DNA of 64,000 nt from SAR86 cluster bacterium. Its GTDB lineage: Bacteria > Pseudomonadota > Gammaproteobacteria > Magnimaribacterales > TMED112. The notes under the pieces are model-generated. The model saw nothing but the letters and a program-made list of their open reading frames with translations. It was not told the DNA's origin and did no database searches. Within the stretch, counting starts at the first letter, position 1; each line of letters begins with the position of its first letter. Position numbers and translations under genes: made by a program. Location of the stretch: positions 28,543 through 92,542 of the forward strand of contig CP097967.1 of assembly GCA_023703535.1 (NCBI GenBank). The letters are read 5' to 3'. Of the stretch, positions 1 to 9,571 are shown piece by piece.

Positions 1-1
1 A

Positions 2-2374
2 AAATTATGTGGACTATTTAATTTTACTGTACAGGAAGTTGAGGACGTTGAAGCAGATGACGTTATCGCTACTTTAGTTTCTAATTTTTCTGAAGATAAA
101 ATTTTAATATCTTCTCCAGATAAAGATCTAACTCAACTAGTGAATGAAAATGTGATTCAACATAATTCAATGAGTGATATTTTCTTTGATGAAAATGGTG
201 TTAAAGAAAAATTTGGAGTTTTCCCAAATAAGGTTGCTGAATTACTTGCTCTAGTAGGAGATAAATCAGATAACATCCCAGGAATTACAAAAGTGGGAGA
301 AAAAACTGCCGCTAAATGGCTTAATGAATATGGAAGTTTAGATGAAGTTATTAAAAATGCTGAAAATATCACGGGAAAAGTTGGTGAAAATCTTAGAGAG
401 GAAAAAAATGTTTTACAGAGAAATTTCTTTTTGGTCAGCTTAAAAAATGATATTAATTTAGGACTTCAAAAAAGTGATATCTCAATTCCAAAAGCAAATA
501 GTAGCGGGCTACAAGAATTTTATAGGGGTTTAGAGTTCAATACATTTATTGAACATGAGGACAATAAAAGTGCAGGTGTAGAGTACAAGTCTGTAAAATC
601 TCTTGAGGAGCTAGAGAGGCTTTCATCTCAATTTCATAATTGCGATTACTTTAGCTTTGATACTGAAACAACATCATTGGATGTAAATATTGCACAAATA
701 GTTGGTTTTTCTTTTTGCTTTGAATCTGGAAAAGCTTTTTATGTACCTTTAGAACATAATGAGAGCACTGATCTTTCAAAGGATGTTGGAATAAAATGGT
801 TAAAAGAAATCCTTCCTAAAAACTCATCAAAGCTTATAGGGCAGAATTTAAAATATGATTTAGCAGTTCTTTCAAAAGAAGGAATTTACCTAGAGTCCTT
901 TCTTGCTGATACGATGCTTATGTCATACGTATTAAACAGCACTGCATCAAGACATAACCTAGATGCACTTTCTGAGTATTATCTCAATTTTAAAACTATT
1001 AAATATGAGGATGTAATAGGAAAAGGAGCAAAGAAATATAAATCATTTGCTGATGTGCCAATTAAAGAAGCAACAAATTATGCTGCTGAAGATGCTGATA
1101 TAACTTTGCGGTTATATGAAAAATTGTCTGATCTGCTTGATGAAGGAGCTCAAGATATTTTAAAAAAAATGGAATACCCATTATTAACTGTTTTAATGCA
1201 AATGGAGAAAGATGGAGCACGTGTAGACACAGGACATCTAAAAAAATTATCAAATAATTTTGGTGATCAACTTATGAAATTAGCAAAAAAAATACATGAT
1301 GCTTCCGGCTCCGTCTTTAATATTGATTCGCCAAAACAACTTAGCGAAGTACTTTTCGAAAAACTAAAAATTGAAACAAAAGGTCTTAAAAAAACTAGCA
1401 CAGGATACTACTCAACATCAGAGAGCGTGTTACAAAAATTAGCCAACGAAAATCCTATTGTCAAAGATATTCTTAATTACAGGTCATTGGCAAAACTTAA
1501 AAGCACTTATACAGATAAGCTGTCCGAAATTTGTGATGCTTCTTCCAGAGTTCATACGTCCTACCAGCAAGCTGTAACATCAACAGGAAGACTATCATCT
1601 TCAGAACCTAATCTTCAAAATATACCTATTAGAACTCCAGAGGGAGTGACAATACGAGAAGCTTTTGTGGCTTCAGAGGGCAAAAAGATTCTAGCAATGG
1701 ACTACTCACAAATCGAATTAAGACTAATGGCACATTATTCCAAAGATCAAATTATGCTGGATTCTTTTAAAAATAATGAGGACATTCATAAAAGAACAGC
1801 ATCAGAGGTTTTCTCAGTTGAAATGGAAAATGTAACAGACGAAATGCGGAGAAGGGCTAAGACCATAAACTTTGGTTTGCTTTATGGAATGAGCGCATTT
1901 GGTCTTTCAAATCAATTATCAGTATCTAGGGCTGAAGCTGAGGAGTTCCTTCTAAATTACTTCGCCAAATACTCCTCCATAAAGGTATTTATGAAAGATG
2001 TTGTGGAACAAGCAAAAAAAGATAAATACGTCTCCACTCTCTACGGCAGAAAAATTCATGTTCCTAATATTGAGTCACCAAATTACATGCTAAGACAAGC
2101 TTCAGAAAGAGCAGCAGTTAACGGCCCTTTGCAAGGTAGTGCTGCCGATATTATTAAAAGAGCAATGATTAATATCTTTAAAGAATCTGGAGGCAATGAA
2201 AAGGATATAAAAATGATACTGCAAGTCCATGATGAGTTAGTTTTCGAAGTTCCAGAAGATTACGATGAAAAAAATATTTCTTACTTAATTGATTTGATGG
2301 AAGAGAGCTCTTCGATTGATGTGCCACTAAAAGTCGAGTATGGCTTTGGCTCAAATTGGCGAGAGGCTCATTAG
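2..2374 (+). CDS. polA: DNA polymerase I, 5' end lies upstream of the window
   Basis: The frame of ORF 140..2374 stays open back to nt 2 (..EADDVIATL..SSPDKDLTQLV, 5'-nuclease domain). Exo motif FDTETTSL and polymerase motifs DYSQIELR and QVHDELVFE are present. Confidence 0.97.
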   Translation, partial: KLCGLFNFTVQEVEDVEADDVIATLVSNFSEDKILISSPDKDLTQLVNENVIQHNSMSDIFFDENGVKEKFGVFPNKVAELLALVGDKSDNIPGITKVGEKTAAKWLNEYGSLDEVIKNAENITGKVGENLREEKNVLQRNFFLVSLKNDINLGLQKSDISIPKANSSGLQEFYRGLEFNTFIEHEDNKSAGVEYKSVKSLEELERLSSQFHNCDYFSFDTETTSLDVNIAQIVGFSFCFESGKAFYVPLEHNESTDLSKDVGIKWLKEILPKNSSKLIGQNLKYDLAVLSKEGIYLESFLADTMLMSYVLNSTASRHNLDALSEYYLNFKTIKYEDVIGKGAKKYKSFADVPIKEATNYAAEDADITLRLYEKLSDLLDEGAQDILKKMEYPLLTVLMQMEKDGARVDTGHLKKLSNNFGDQLMKLAKKIHDASGSVFNIDSPKQLSEVLFEKLKIETKGLKKTSTGYYSTSESVLQKLANENPIVKDILNYRSLAKLKSTYTDKLSEICDASSRVHTSYQQAVTSTGRLSSSEPNLQNIPIRTPEGVTIREAFVASEGKKILAMDYSQIELRLMAHYSKDQIMLDSFKNNEDIHKRTASEVFSVEMENVTDEMRRRAKTINFGLLYGMSAFGLSNQLSVSRAEAEEFLLNYFAKYSSIKVFMKDVVEQAKKDKYVSTLYGRKIHVPNIESPNYMLRQASERAAVNGPLQGSAADIIKRAMINIFKESGGNEKDIKMILQVHDELVFEVPEDYDEKNISYLIDLMEESSSIDVPLKVEYGFGSNWREAH

Positions 2375-2955
2375 ATTAATTTATCGATTTTTTTTGCTAG
2401 GGTCGTTACCAATCCAATATCTTTGTTACTTAAAAGATAAAAGCTCTGAAAATTTTCTTCAAAGTTTTTTGAAACTTCAATTATTTGCCCATTCTTAAGC
2501 TTATCTATTTTTGTAAGAACTATATGAAATGGCAAATTGAGTTTGTTGAGATACTCAATCATTTGTATATCAGTTTCTTTAATTTTCTTTGATTTATAAA
2601 AGGAATTTGAGTCTATAAATAGAAAAGCATATTTTAAATTTTCTCTCTCTTCAAAATATCTGGGTAATTCCCTCTGCCATGACTTGATTTGAGATTTTGA
2701 AATATTTGCAAATCCGTATCCAGGAAAATCAACAATAAAATTATTATCTTTTTTAAAATAATTAAATAACTTTGTTTTCCCTGGCTTCTTACTGGTATAA
2801 GAGAGCTTTTTATTATTTGCCAATAAATTAATAGCTGTGGATTTGCCTGAGTTAGACGCTCCTACAAATGCAATTTCCTGACAATTGAGACTTGGTATTT
2901 GCTCAAAAAGTTCATAACTAGCAAAAAATTCTAAATTTATAGTATGACGGTCCAT
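2371..2955 (-). CDS. engB: ribosome-biogenesis GTPase EngB/YihA
   Basis: P-loop GASNSGKSTAINLL and VDFPGYGFA. The polA-engB neighbourhood matches Pseudomonas. Confidence 0.9.
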   Translation of the reverse strand: MDRHTINLEFFASYELFEQIPSLNCQEIAFVGASNSGKSTAINLLANNKKLSYTSKKPGKTKLFNYFKKDNNFIVDFPGYGFANISKSQIKSWQRELPRYFEERENLKYAFLFIDSNSFYKSKKIKETDIQMIEYLNKLNLPFHIVLTKIDKLKNGQIIEVSKNFEENFQSFYLLSNKDIGLVTTLAKKIDKLI

Positions 2956-2989
2956 ATTTCGAAAAAACTTGTTATATAATCATTTTCGC

Positions 2990-3565
2990 ATGTTTAGATT
3001 GTTTTCAATAATTCTATTTGCCTTTCCATTATTGGCTCAACCAAAGCTAAATGTCGACTATATTGAAATACCCGAAGGATTAGTCAAAGAAAAGGGTGTA
3101 ACTGAAATCTTTTGGTACGGTTGCCCAGCTTGTTTAGAGTATGAAAATACTCTTAAAAAGATCAAAGAAATAGATCCAACTATTGAAGTAAACAAAATTC
3201 CTCAATTTAGACTTCCAGCAGCAAAAACCTATTACACCATTGAGTCATTAAATCTTGGTGATGAAGTTCACGATAAAGTATTTAAAGACTGGCAGCTAAA
3301 AAGAAAACCACTTGGTAGTGACAAAGATGTCGAAAATTTTGCGAAAAGACATAATCTTGATGTTGAAAATTTCATGAGAGTGTACAACTCTTTTAGCATC
3401 AATATAAAAGCTAAAAATGCCATAGCTGTTCCTAGAAAACTTATTGAAAATGGAATAGATTTCAAAGGCACACCAACTGTTGTGGTTAATGGTAAATATA
3501 TTGTGACAAGACAAAGAAACGTGAATAAAGAGATAGAGAATATAATCTTTCTTTTGAATAAATAA
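2990..3565 (+). CDS. dsbA: DsbA-family thiol:disulfide oxidoreductase
   Basis: Signal peptide MFRLFSIILFAFPLLA and CxxC active site WYGCPAC. The ORF-track start at 2969 is TTG; I prefer the ATG at 2990. Confidence 0.8.
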   Translation: MFRLFSIILFAFPLLAQPKLNVDYIEIPEGLVKEKGVTEIFWYGCPACLEYENTLKKIKEIDPTIEVNKIPQFRLPAAKTYYTIESLNLGDEVHDKVFKDWQLKRKPLGSDKDVENFAKRHNLDVENFMRVYNSFSINIKAKNAIAVPRKLIENGIDFKGTPTVVVNGKYIVTRQRNVNKEIENIIFLLNK

Positions 3566-3601
3566 CTTGAAATAAAAAAATTTAAATAAATAAAAGTAAG
3601 T

Positions 3602-3997
3602 ATGAAAAATTTGATTTATCTTCCACTGTTAATATCAGGTCTTCTTTTAGCAGATGATTATGAAGATGAAGTAAGAGACAGACTCAATAAATATTCAGGC
3701 AGTACTATTGCTGTTGATAATGGTTCGCAAGAGAGTGAGGAAGTTGTTTCAAGGAGCGGTAAGGAAGTTTATGATATTGGCTGTGCTGCATGCCATACTG
3801 CTGGCCTAGCTGGCTCTCCATTATTGGGTGATCAATCTCAATGGGAAGCTAGACTTGTAAAAGGCGTAGAGACATTAACAAATAATGCATACAACGGCTA
3901 TAATGCAATGCCTGCCAAAGGTCTTTGTATGGATTGTTCAAAAGAAGAAATTAGAGCTTCAGTAGATTACATGCTCGAGGCTTTAACAGTCGACTAA
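3602..3997 (+). CDS. periplasmic mono-haem c-type cytochrome (c5-like)
   Basis: N-terminal signal peptide, a single CAACH haem-binding site and a downstream Met ligand region (YNAMPAKG). Confidence 0.8.
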   Translation: MKNLIYLPLLISGLLLADDYEDEVRDRLNKYSGSTIAVDNGSQESEEVVSRSGKEVYDIGCAACHTAGLAGSPLLGDQSQWEARLVKGVETLTNNAYNGYNAMPAKGLCMDCSKEEIRASVDYMLEALTVD

Positions 3998-4170
3998 ATT
4001 TTCTGCTCTAGTTCTTCAATTCTTTTTTCTAATTGATCAACCTTAGCAATTAGTTGTTCTAGCTCATCTTTTTTAACAAAACCAGAATCTTTCATAAATT
4101 TTTCAAGGGCAGGTTTCACCATTTTTTCCATGCCTTTTAAATCTTTGCCCATTCCAAAAGGATTAAACAT
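3994..4170 (-). CDS. UbiK/YqiC-like small coiled-coil protein (58 aa, below the ORF-track cutoff)
   Basis: My own translation: MFNPFGMGKDLKGMEKMVKPALEKFMKDSGFVKKDELEQLIAKVDQLEKRIEELEQKI. The C-terminal heptad coiled coil resembles E. coli YqiC (..LVSREEFDVQ..LEQRISELE). The ATG overlaps the yigB stop (ATGTTTAA). Confidence 0.5.
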   Translation of the reverse strand: MFNPFGMGKDLKGMEKMVKPALEKFMKDSGFVKKDELEQLIAKVDQLEKRIEELEQKI

Positions 4171-4909
4171 TTTCTCTCTCCAAAATAAAATTTTTATTAA
4201 CTAAATTGTAGACTTCTTTCCAGTTTTTAGCTTGCAATTCACATGGGAAAATCTCAGTCCACTTTTTCCCCTCAGAATTAAACCATATGGTGTTAAAGTT
4301 ACAATTTCTAGCACCCCCTACATCATTTATTGGACAATCTCCAATATGAATGACTTCATCAGCTTCGCATTTTGTTAATTCCAATGCTTTCAAAAAATGG
4401 TCTGGTGATGGTTTGTTGCTTTGAACATCTTTCGAATTAATTGAGAAATCAAATATATGGTCTATACCAATAAGCTTAAGGTCTGCATTTCCATTTGAAA
4501 GAGAAGCAACCTTTGTTTTTCTAAAGAGCCTTTCAATAATAATTTTTGCATCTTTGTACAATTGAACTTTATTCCTAGATTTAAAAAATTCGTTAAAAGC
4601 TTCGTTGCTGTAGTAAGCAGCTTCACTTTCATCAGCCCCAACTTCTTGAAGAATATACTTTATGATTTCCTTACGGAAAGAAGTTAAATCAAATTTTAAA
4701 TTTGGATTTTTTTCAACTAAAGTTACTCTAATTTCACTTATACGCTTATCGTCGTATTCATTGTATATTTCTGGAAATTTTGCAAATACAAAATCCCACA
4801 TTGCTTTTTCTGCCTCAACAATAACCTTATTGTTAGGCCACACAGTATTATCCAAGTCTAATGTTATAAGTTTAATTTTCTTTCTTAGCATGTGGGTGTG
4901 AGGCATCAT
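4163..4909 (-). CDS. yigB: HAD-IA family phosphatase (YigB-like)
   Basis: DxDxT motif ITLDLDNTVW, plus SNGNA, SNKP and HIGDCPINDVGGA. It lies downstream of xerC as in E. coli (dapF-xerC-yigB). Confidence 0.7.
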   Translation of the reverse strand: MMPHTHMLRKKIKLITLDLDNTVWPNNKVIVEAEKAMWDFVFAKFPEIYNEYDDKRISEIRVTLVEKNPNLKFDLTSFRKEIIKYILQEVGADESEAAYYSNEAFNEFFKSRNKVQLYKDAKIIIERLFRKTKVASLSNGNADLKLIGIDHIFDFSINSKDVQSNKPSPDHFLKALELTKCEADEVIHIGDCPINDVGGARNCNFNTIWFNSEGKKWTEIFPCELQAKNWKEVYNLVNKNFILERENV

Positions 4910-5756
4910 AAATTTTTGCCAGCTGTTGGAAATTAAGTTTAGTATAAATTTGAGTAGTTGTGAGGCTACTATGTCCTAACATTTCCTGAATCGATCTTAA
5001 ATCTCCACTTGATTCAAGAAGGTGAGAGGCAAAACTATGTCTCAACATGTGAGGATGTACAGGTTGCATGCCTTGCGAAACTGAGATTTTATATAATCTT
5101 TGCTGGAAAGCTCTCACAGAAATTCTCTTACCATACTTATTAGTAAAAAAAGCATCAGTTTTGATTCCTTTGGTCTCTCTAAAATTAATCCAATCTTGAA
5201 TTGCTATTTGCGCAAATTTGCCAACAGGTATAAGCCTCTCTTTTTTTCCTTTTCCAAAAACTTTTACAAAGGAATAATTTGACTCAAAAGAAGATAAATT
5301 CAATCCAACTGCTTCTGAAACCCTTAGTCCTGAAGAGTAGAGCAGTTCTAAAAAAGCTTTATCCCGAAAGTCTGACATTGTTTTTGGTTCAAATGATAAT
5401 AGTTTTGCAACATCTTCGGGAGGTAAAGCCTTAGGCAAGGTTTCATTAAGTTTTGGACTTTGAATATTTTCAAAAACGTTCTCATCTACTTCTTCAATCT
5501 TTTTTAAATATCTAAAAAAATTTCTTAAAGAAGAAAGATTTCTAAGGATAGAGCGATTACCGAGTCCTTTTTTTCTTAAATCAAAAATCCAGGAAGTTAC
5601 ATCTTGCTGTTCTAGCGACTCAATGCTTGTTTTTGTTTTAGACGCAAAGGCTAGAAATCTCTTAACATCTCTCTCATAGTTTGAGATTGTATGATTGGAG
5701 TAATTTTTAACTCTCAAAAAAGTTTTTAAATTTTCAAAAATATTCTCTTTCATCAA
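4872..5756 (-). CDS. xerC: tyrosine recombinase XerC
   Basis: C-terminal catalytic region HMLRHSFASHLLESSGDLRSIQEMLGHSSLTTTQIYT and synteny with dapF. Confidence 0.92.
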   Translation of the reverse strand: MMKENIFENLKTFLRVKNYSNHTISNYERDVKRFLAFASKTKTSIESLEQQDVTSWIFDLRKKGLGNRSILRNLSSLRNFFRYLKKIEEVDENVFENIQSPKLNETLPKALPPEDVAKLLSFEPKTMSDFRDKAFLELLYSSGLRVSEAVGLNLSSFESNYSFVKVFGKGKKERLIPVGKFAQIAIQDWINFRETKGIKTDAFFTNKYGKRISVRAFQQRLYKISVSQGMQPVHPHMLRHSFASHLLESSGDLRSIQEMLGHSSLTTTQIYTKLNFQQLAKIYDASHPHAKKEN

Positions 5757-6426
5757 ATTTACTTTTATTTATTATTTCAGTATTTGCCTCTGAACATATT
5801 TTATTGTCATCTTTTTTATAACAGATCATTTGACCTCCGCTAGAATTTAAAAAAATTTTGTCCAACAAAGGATTCTTCTTAAAGATTACAAAAGCTGTTG
5901 CAGAACTTCCACTTCCACATGAAAGCGTTTCACCTACCCCTGCTTCAAAAGTCCTAATTAGAAACTTATTATCTGAATCATGCTTATAAATGCTTAAGTT
6001 GAAATTATCTGAATTAAAGAATTTCCCTGTTTTTTGATATTCATTTTCCAAATCATCATCTACTAAATTATCAGACTCCCAAACAATGTGATAATTTGTT
6101 GTGTCAACGTAAGTAAATCCATCTAAAAGTTCTTTGTAAGCATTAATTTTCACAGTGGCCTTAATATTTTTAGCTATTGGTTTATCTCGATGCAATAAGG
6201 CCTTTATACATCTTTTCCCATTTATGCAGTTTAGGGCAGGAGTTCCATCTCGATTGAAAATTTTTAAATCCTTAAGAGAGGCGTCATCTTCTTTATGTAT
6301 TAGTAACTGGTCAAATTTAAGATCTTTGTCTTGGTTGAGTTTTTCAAAAGAGCATTTTATGATTTTTTCATCGTTAGTAATGATAAAGGAGTTGCCATTA
6401 CAGTGCATTTTTACAAATTCAATCAT
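5734..6426 (-). CDS. dapF: diaminopimelate epimerase, unusually short (230 aa)
   Basis: MHCNGNSF (cf. MHGLGNDF). Both catalytic Cys contexts are kept: FNRDGTPALNCINGKRC and GETLSCGSGSSA. Located upstream of xerC. Confidence 0.7.
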   Translation of the reverse strand: MIEFVKMHCNGNSFIITNDEKIIKCSFEKLNQDKDLKFDQLLIHKEDDASLKDLKIFNRDGTPALNCINGKRCIKALLHRDKPIAKNIKATVKINAYKELLDGFTYVDTTNYHIVWESDNLVDDDLENEYQKTGKFFNSDNFNLSIYKHDSDNKFLIRTFEAGVGETLSCGSGSSATAFVIFKKNPLLDKIFLNSSGGQMICYKKDDNKICSEANTEIINKSKFDEREYF

Positions 6427-6494
6427 TTAATTTTTTAATACCCGTTTATTTTTAAATTTCAATTATATAATTGACCTGAGGTTTTTTTCTTAAA

Positions 6495-8456
6495 TTGATC
6501 AAAAACAGGACTGTAAATGCATTAAGATTTCTGTCTGTAGACAGTGTGGAGAAGGCTGCTTCAGGACATCCAGGAATGCCACTTGGCATGGCAGACATAG
6601 CAGAGGTTTTATGGCGGAAACATCTTAGACATTCCCCAAAGAATCCAAAATGGTTTGATAGAGATAGATTTGTTTTATCAAATGGACATGGCTCTATGCT
6701 CTTATATAGTCTTTTGCATCTTACTGGCTATGACTTAACTATCCAAGATCTCAAAGATTTCAGACAATTAAAATCTAAAACACCTGGTCACCCAGAATTT
6801 GGAATCACTTCAGGTGTTGAAACTACAACAGGGCCTCTTGGGCAAGGAATTGCCAATGCTGTTGGAATGGCTTTGGCAGAGAAAATCCTAGCTAATCTCC
6901 TAAATAGCAAAAAAACAAATGTGATTGATCATTTTACTTACTGCTTTTTAGGTGATGGATGTCTTATGGAAGGGATTTCACATGAAGCTATGTCTTTTGC
7001 TGGCGTTCATGAGCTTAATAAATTAATTTGCTTTTATGATTCAAATGGAATTTCAATAGATGGTGAAATAAGTGATTGGTACAAAGACGACATTTCATTA
7101 AGGTGTAAGGCATATGGATGGAATGTTATTAATAATATAGATGGACATAATAGAGAAGAAATTGATGAAGCAATTTCTGTTGCAAAGAAGTCAAAAAAAC
7201 CAACTATGATTGTATGTAAAACTCATATTGGTTACGGTGCAGGCAACAAACAAGATTCTGAATCCTCTCACGGAGCTGCACTTGGGTCTGAGATCGTAGC
7301 AGAGTTAAGAGAAAATCTTGATTGGCCATATTCTGAATTTGAAATCCCTAATGAAATTTATGCAGATTGGGATGCTTCGGACATAGGTCAAAAATATGAA
7401 GACGATTGGAATGAAAAAGTACAAACCCTCAAATCAGAAAACCCTGAGAAAGCAGAACTTCTAGAAAGGTTGTTAAACGAAAAGCTGCCTGAGAAATTTG
7501 ATTCTAATTTTAGTGTCTTTTTAGAAGAGATTTTAAAGCACAATGAACCAATAGCAACTAGAAAAGCTTCTCAGAAAGTTCTTGAATTCTTGAAAAAAAA
7601 CCTGCCAGAATTGATAGGCGGCTCAGCTGATTTAAGTGGCTCAAATAACACCAATACAAGTGTTTCAAACCCAATTACTAGCTCCCAAAACGGAAATTAT
7701 ATTTATTACGGCGTTAGAGAATTTGGTATGAATGCAATAATGAATGGCATTTCTCTTCATGGAGGTCTTATTCCTTATGCAGGTACATTTTTAGTATTTA
7801 TGGATTACGGGAGAAATGCAGTGAGAATGGCTGCATTGATGGGGATAAAAGTAATTTTTGTTTATTCTCATGATAGTGTTGCTCTCGGAGAAGATGGGCC
7901 CACTCATCAACCAATTGAGCATCTTACAACTTTAAGATCTACACCGAATATGCATACCTGGAGAGCAGCTTCATTATTAGAGACAGCAGTTGCTTGGAAA
8001 TCAGCTATTCAAAGAAATGATGGACCGTCTTCCCTAATACTTACAAGGCAGAATATAGATAACATTGAGAATAAAAGTTTTGATGAAGTATCAAGGGGTG
8101 GATACTTTTTAAGAAAATTTGATGATTCAAACATTCAACTTATAGCTACTGGATCAGAGGTTTCTTTATCACTTGAAGCTGCTGAAATTCTTGAGCAAGA
8201 AGGAGTCAAATGTAATGTAGTAAGCGTCCCTTGTATCGAAGTTTTAGAAACTAACAAACAAATTTATAAAGAAATTTTTTCCGAAAGCAAAATTAATATT
8301 GCTATTGAGTGTAGTCATCCAAATTCTTGGTATGCTCACACAAAGAATGTAATTGGAATTGAAGAATTTGGAGAATCAGGTAAAGGTCATATATTAATGG
8401 AGCATTTTGGTTTCACCCCAAAAAAAATAGTAGAAAAAATAAAAAGTTTTTTATGA
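6495..8456 (+). CDS. tkt: transketolase
   Basis: SGHPGMPLGMADIAEVLW, GDGCLMEGISHEA and GEDGPTHQPIEHL motifs; TTG start. Confidence 0.97.
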   Translation: MIKNRTVNALRFLSVDSVEKAASGHPGMPLGMADIAEVLWRKHLRHSPKNPKWFDRDRFVLSNGHGSMLLYSLLHLTGYDLTIQDLKDFRQLKSKTPGHPEFGITSGVETTTGPLGQGIANAVGMALAEKILANLLNSKKTNVIDHFTYCFLGDGCLMEGISHEAMSFAGVHELNKLICFYDSNGISIDGEISDWYKDDISLRCKAYGWNVINNIDGHNREEIDEAISVAKKSKKPTMIVCKTHIGYGAGNKQDSESSHGAALGSEIVAELRENLDWPYSEFEIPNEIYADWDASDIGQKYEDDWNEKVQTLKSENPEKAELLERLLNEKLPEKFDSNFSVFLEEILKHNEPIATRKASQKVLEFLKKNLPELIGGSADLSGSNNTNTSVSNPITSSQNGNYIYYGVREFGMNAIMNGISLHGGLIPYAGTFLVFMDYGRNAVRMAALMGIKVIFVYSHDSVALGEDGPTHQPIEHLTTLRSTPNMHTWRAASLLETAVAWKSAIQRNDGPSSLILTRQNIDNIENKSFDEVSRGGYFLRKFDDSNIQLIATGSEVSLSLEAAEILEQEGVKCNVVSVPCIEVLETNKQIYKEIFSESKINIAIECSHPNSWYAHTKNVIGIEEFGESGKGHILMEHFGFTPKKIVEKIKSFL

Positions 8457-9565
8457 CAGATCTTCACTCAATCGATCTTAAGAATAAGTATGTCGGGCTG
8501 AGAGTGGATTTAAATGTTCCTTTAGAAAGTGGTGAAGTATTAAGCCCTGATAGATTGTCAGCTGCTTTGCCAACAATTTTATATATTCTTGAACACACAG
8601 AAAATCTCTGCCTAATAAGCCACCTTGGTCGTCCAAAAGAGGATGATTTTGACCCAAACCTTTCTTTGAAACCAATAAAAGAGTGGTTTGAGAAAAGATT
8701 AAACAAAAAAATATCTTTAGAGAACGAAATTAAAAAAAGCAAGGGAATAAAGATGCTTGAAAATATTCGTTTTTTCAAAGGAGAAAATGAAAACTCTGAA
8801 AACTTAGGACAAAAGCTTGCAGATATTTTTGATGTTTACATTATGGATGCCTTTGCAACAGCGCACCGTAAATCTGCTTCAACTTATGGAGCTATAATTA
8901 AATCAAAGATTAAATCACCCGGACTTTTATTTAGCAATGAGGTCAGAAATTTAAAAGAAATTCTTAATGAACCGAATCGATTAGTAAGCATAATTGGTGG
9001 TTCTAAGGTTTCAACTAAGCTTGAAGTGGTTGAAAATTTACTTCAAAAGTCTGAAAAGGTTATTGTTGGAGGTGGCATTGCTAATACTTTCCTTAAAGCA
9101 GTTGGATACGAAATTGGAGAATCAATTTATGAAGAAAACATGTTAAAAAAATGCTCACAGATGGTTAAAAGTGGAAAAGTTTTATTACCAGAGAGGGTTT
9201 ATGTGGCAAGCTCTCCATCTGCTACAGAAGTTAATTTAGTTGATGTTGAAAAAGTGCCAAAAGAAATGATGATTCTAGATTTAGAATTTAAGAGTGAGTC
9301 TGTATCAAAATATTTTAATTTCTTATGGAATGGCCCATTAGGTATTTTTGAGATAGATCTTTTTTCGAATGGAACAAAGCAACTTATTGATTTTTTATCT
9401 CAATCAGATAGGAAAGTAATTGCAGGTGGTGGGGAGACAATTTTTGCGATTAACAAGTTTTCTGAGAAGAAAAATTTTCATTACGTTTCCACAGCTGGAG
9501 GTGCTTTTTTAGAGTATTTATCAGGTAAAAGCCTTCCATCCATTGAGGCATTAGAGTTAGAATAG
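8453..9565 (+). CDS. pgk: phosphoglycerate kinase
   Basis: RVDLNVP at the N-terminus, FATAHR, and STAGGAFLEYLSGKSLP at the C-terminus. Sits in a tkt-pgk-fba cluster. Confidence 0.93.
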   Translation: MTDLHSIDLKNKYVGLRVDLNVPLESGEVLSPDRLSAALPTILYILEHTENLCLISHLGRPKEDDFDPNLSLKPIKEWFEKRLNKKISLENEIKKSKGIKMLENIRFFKGENENSENLGQKLADIFDVYIMDAFATAHRKSASTYGAIIKSKIKSPGLLFSNEVRNLKEILNEPNRLVSIIGGSKVSTKLEVVENLLQKSEKVIVGGGIANTFLKAVGYEIGESIYEENMLKKCSQMVKSGKVLLPERVYVASSPSATEVNLVDVEKVPKEMMILDLEFKSESVSKYFNFLWNGPLGIFEIDLFSNGTKQLIDFLSQSDRKVIAGGGETIFAINKFSEKKNFHYVSTAGGAFLEYLSGKSLPSIEALELE

Positions 9566-9571
9566 CTACCA

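Noticed and set aside
157-372. Antisense or out-of-frame ORF-track entries embedded in strong genes. Examples: 157..372, 1062..1253, 3268..3514, 8464..8778, 9733..10029, 12756..13079, 21674..22021, 32127..32431, 53138..53976, 61382..61765.
   Set aside because: Each lies wholly inside a gene with clear family motifs on another frame or strand. Their translations are low-complexity (Ser/Leu/Phe/Ile-rich), typical of shadow ORFs in AT-rich DNA.
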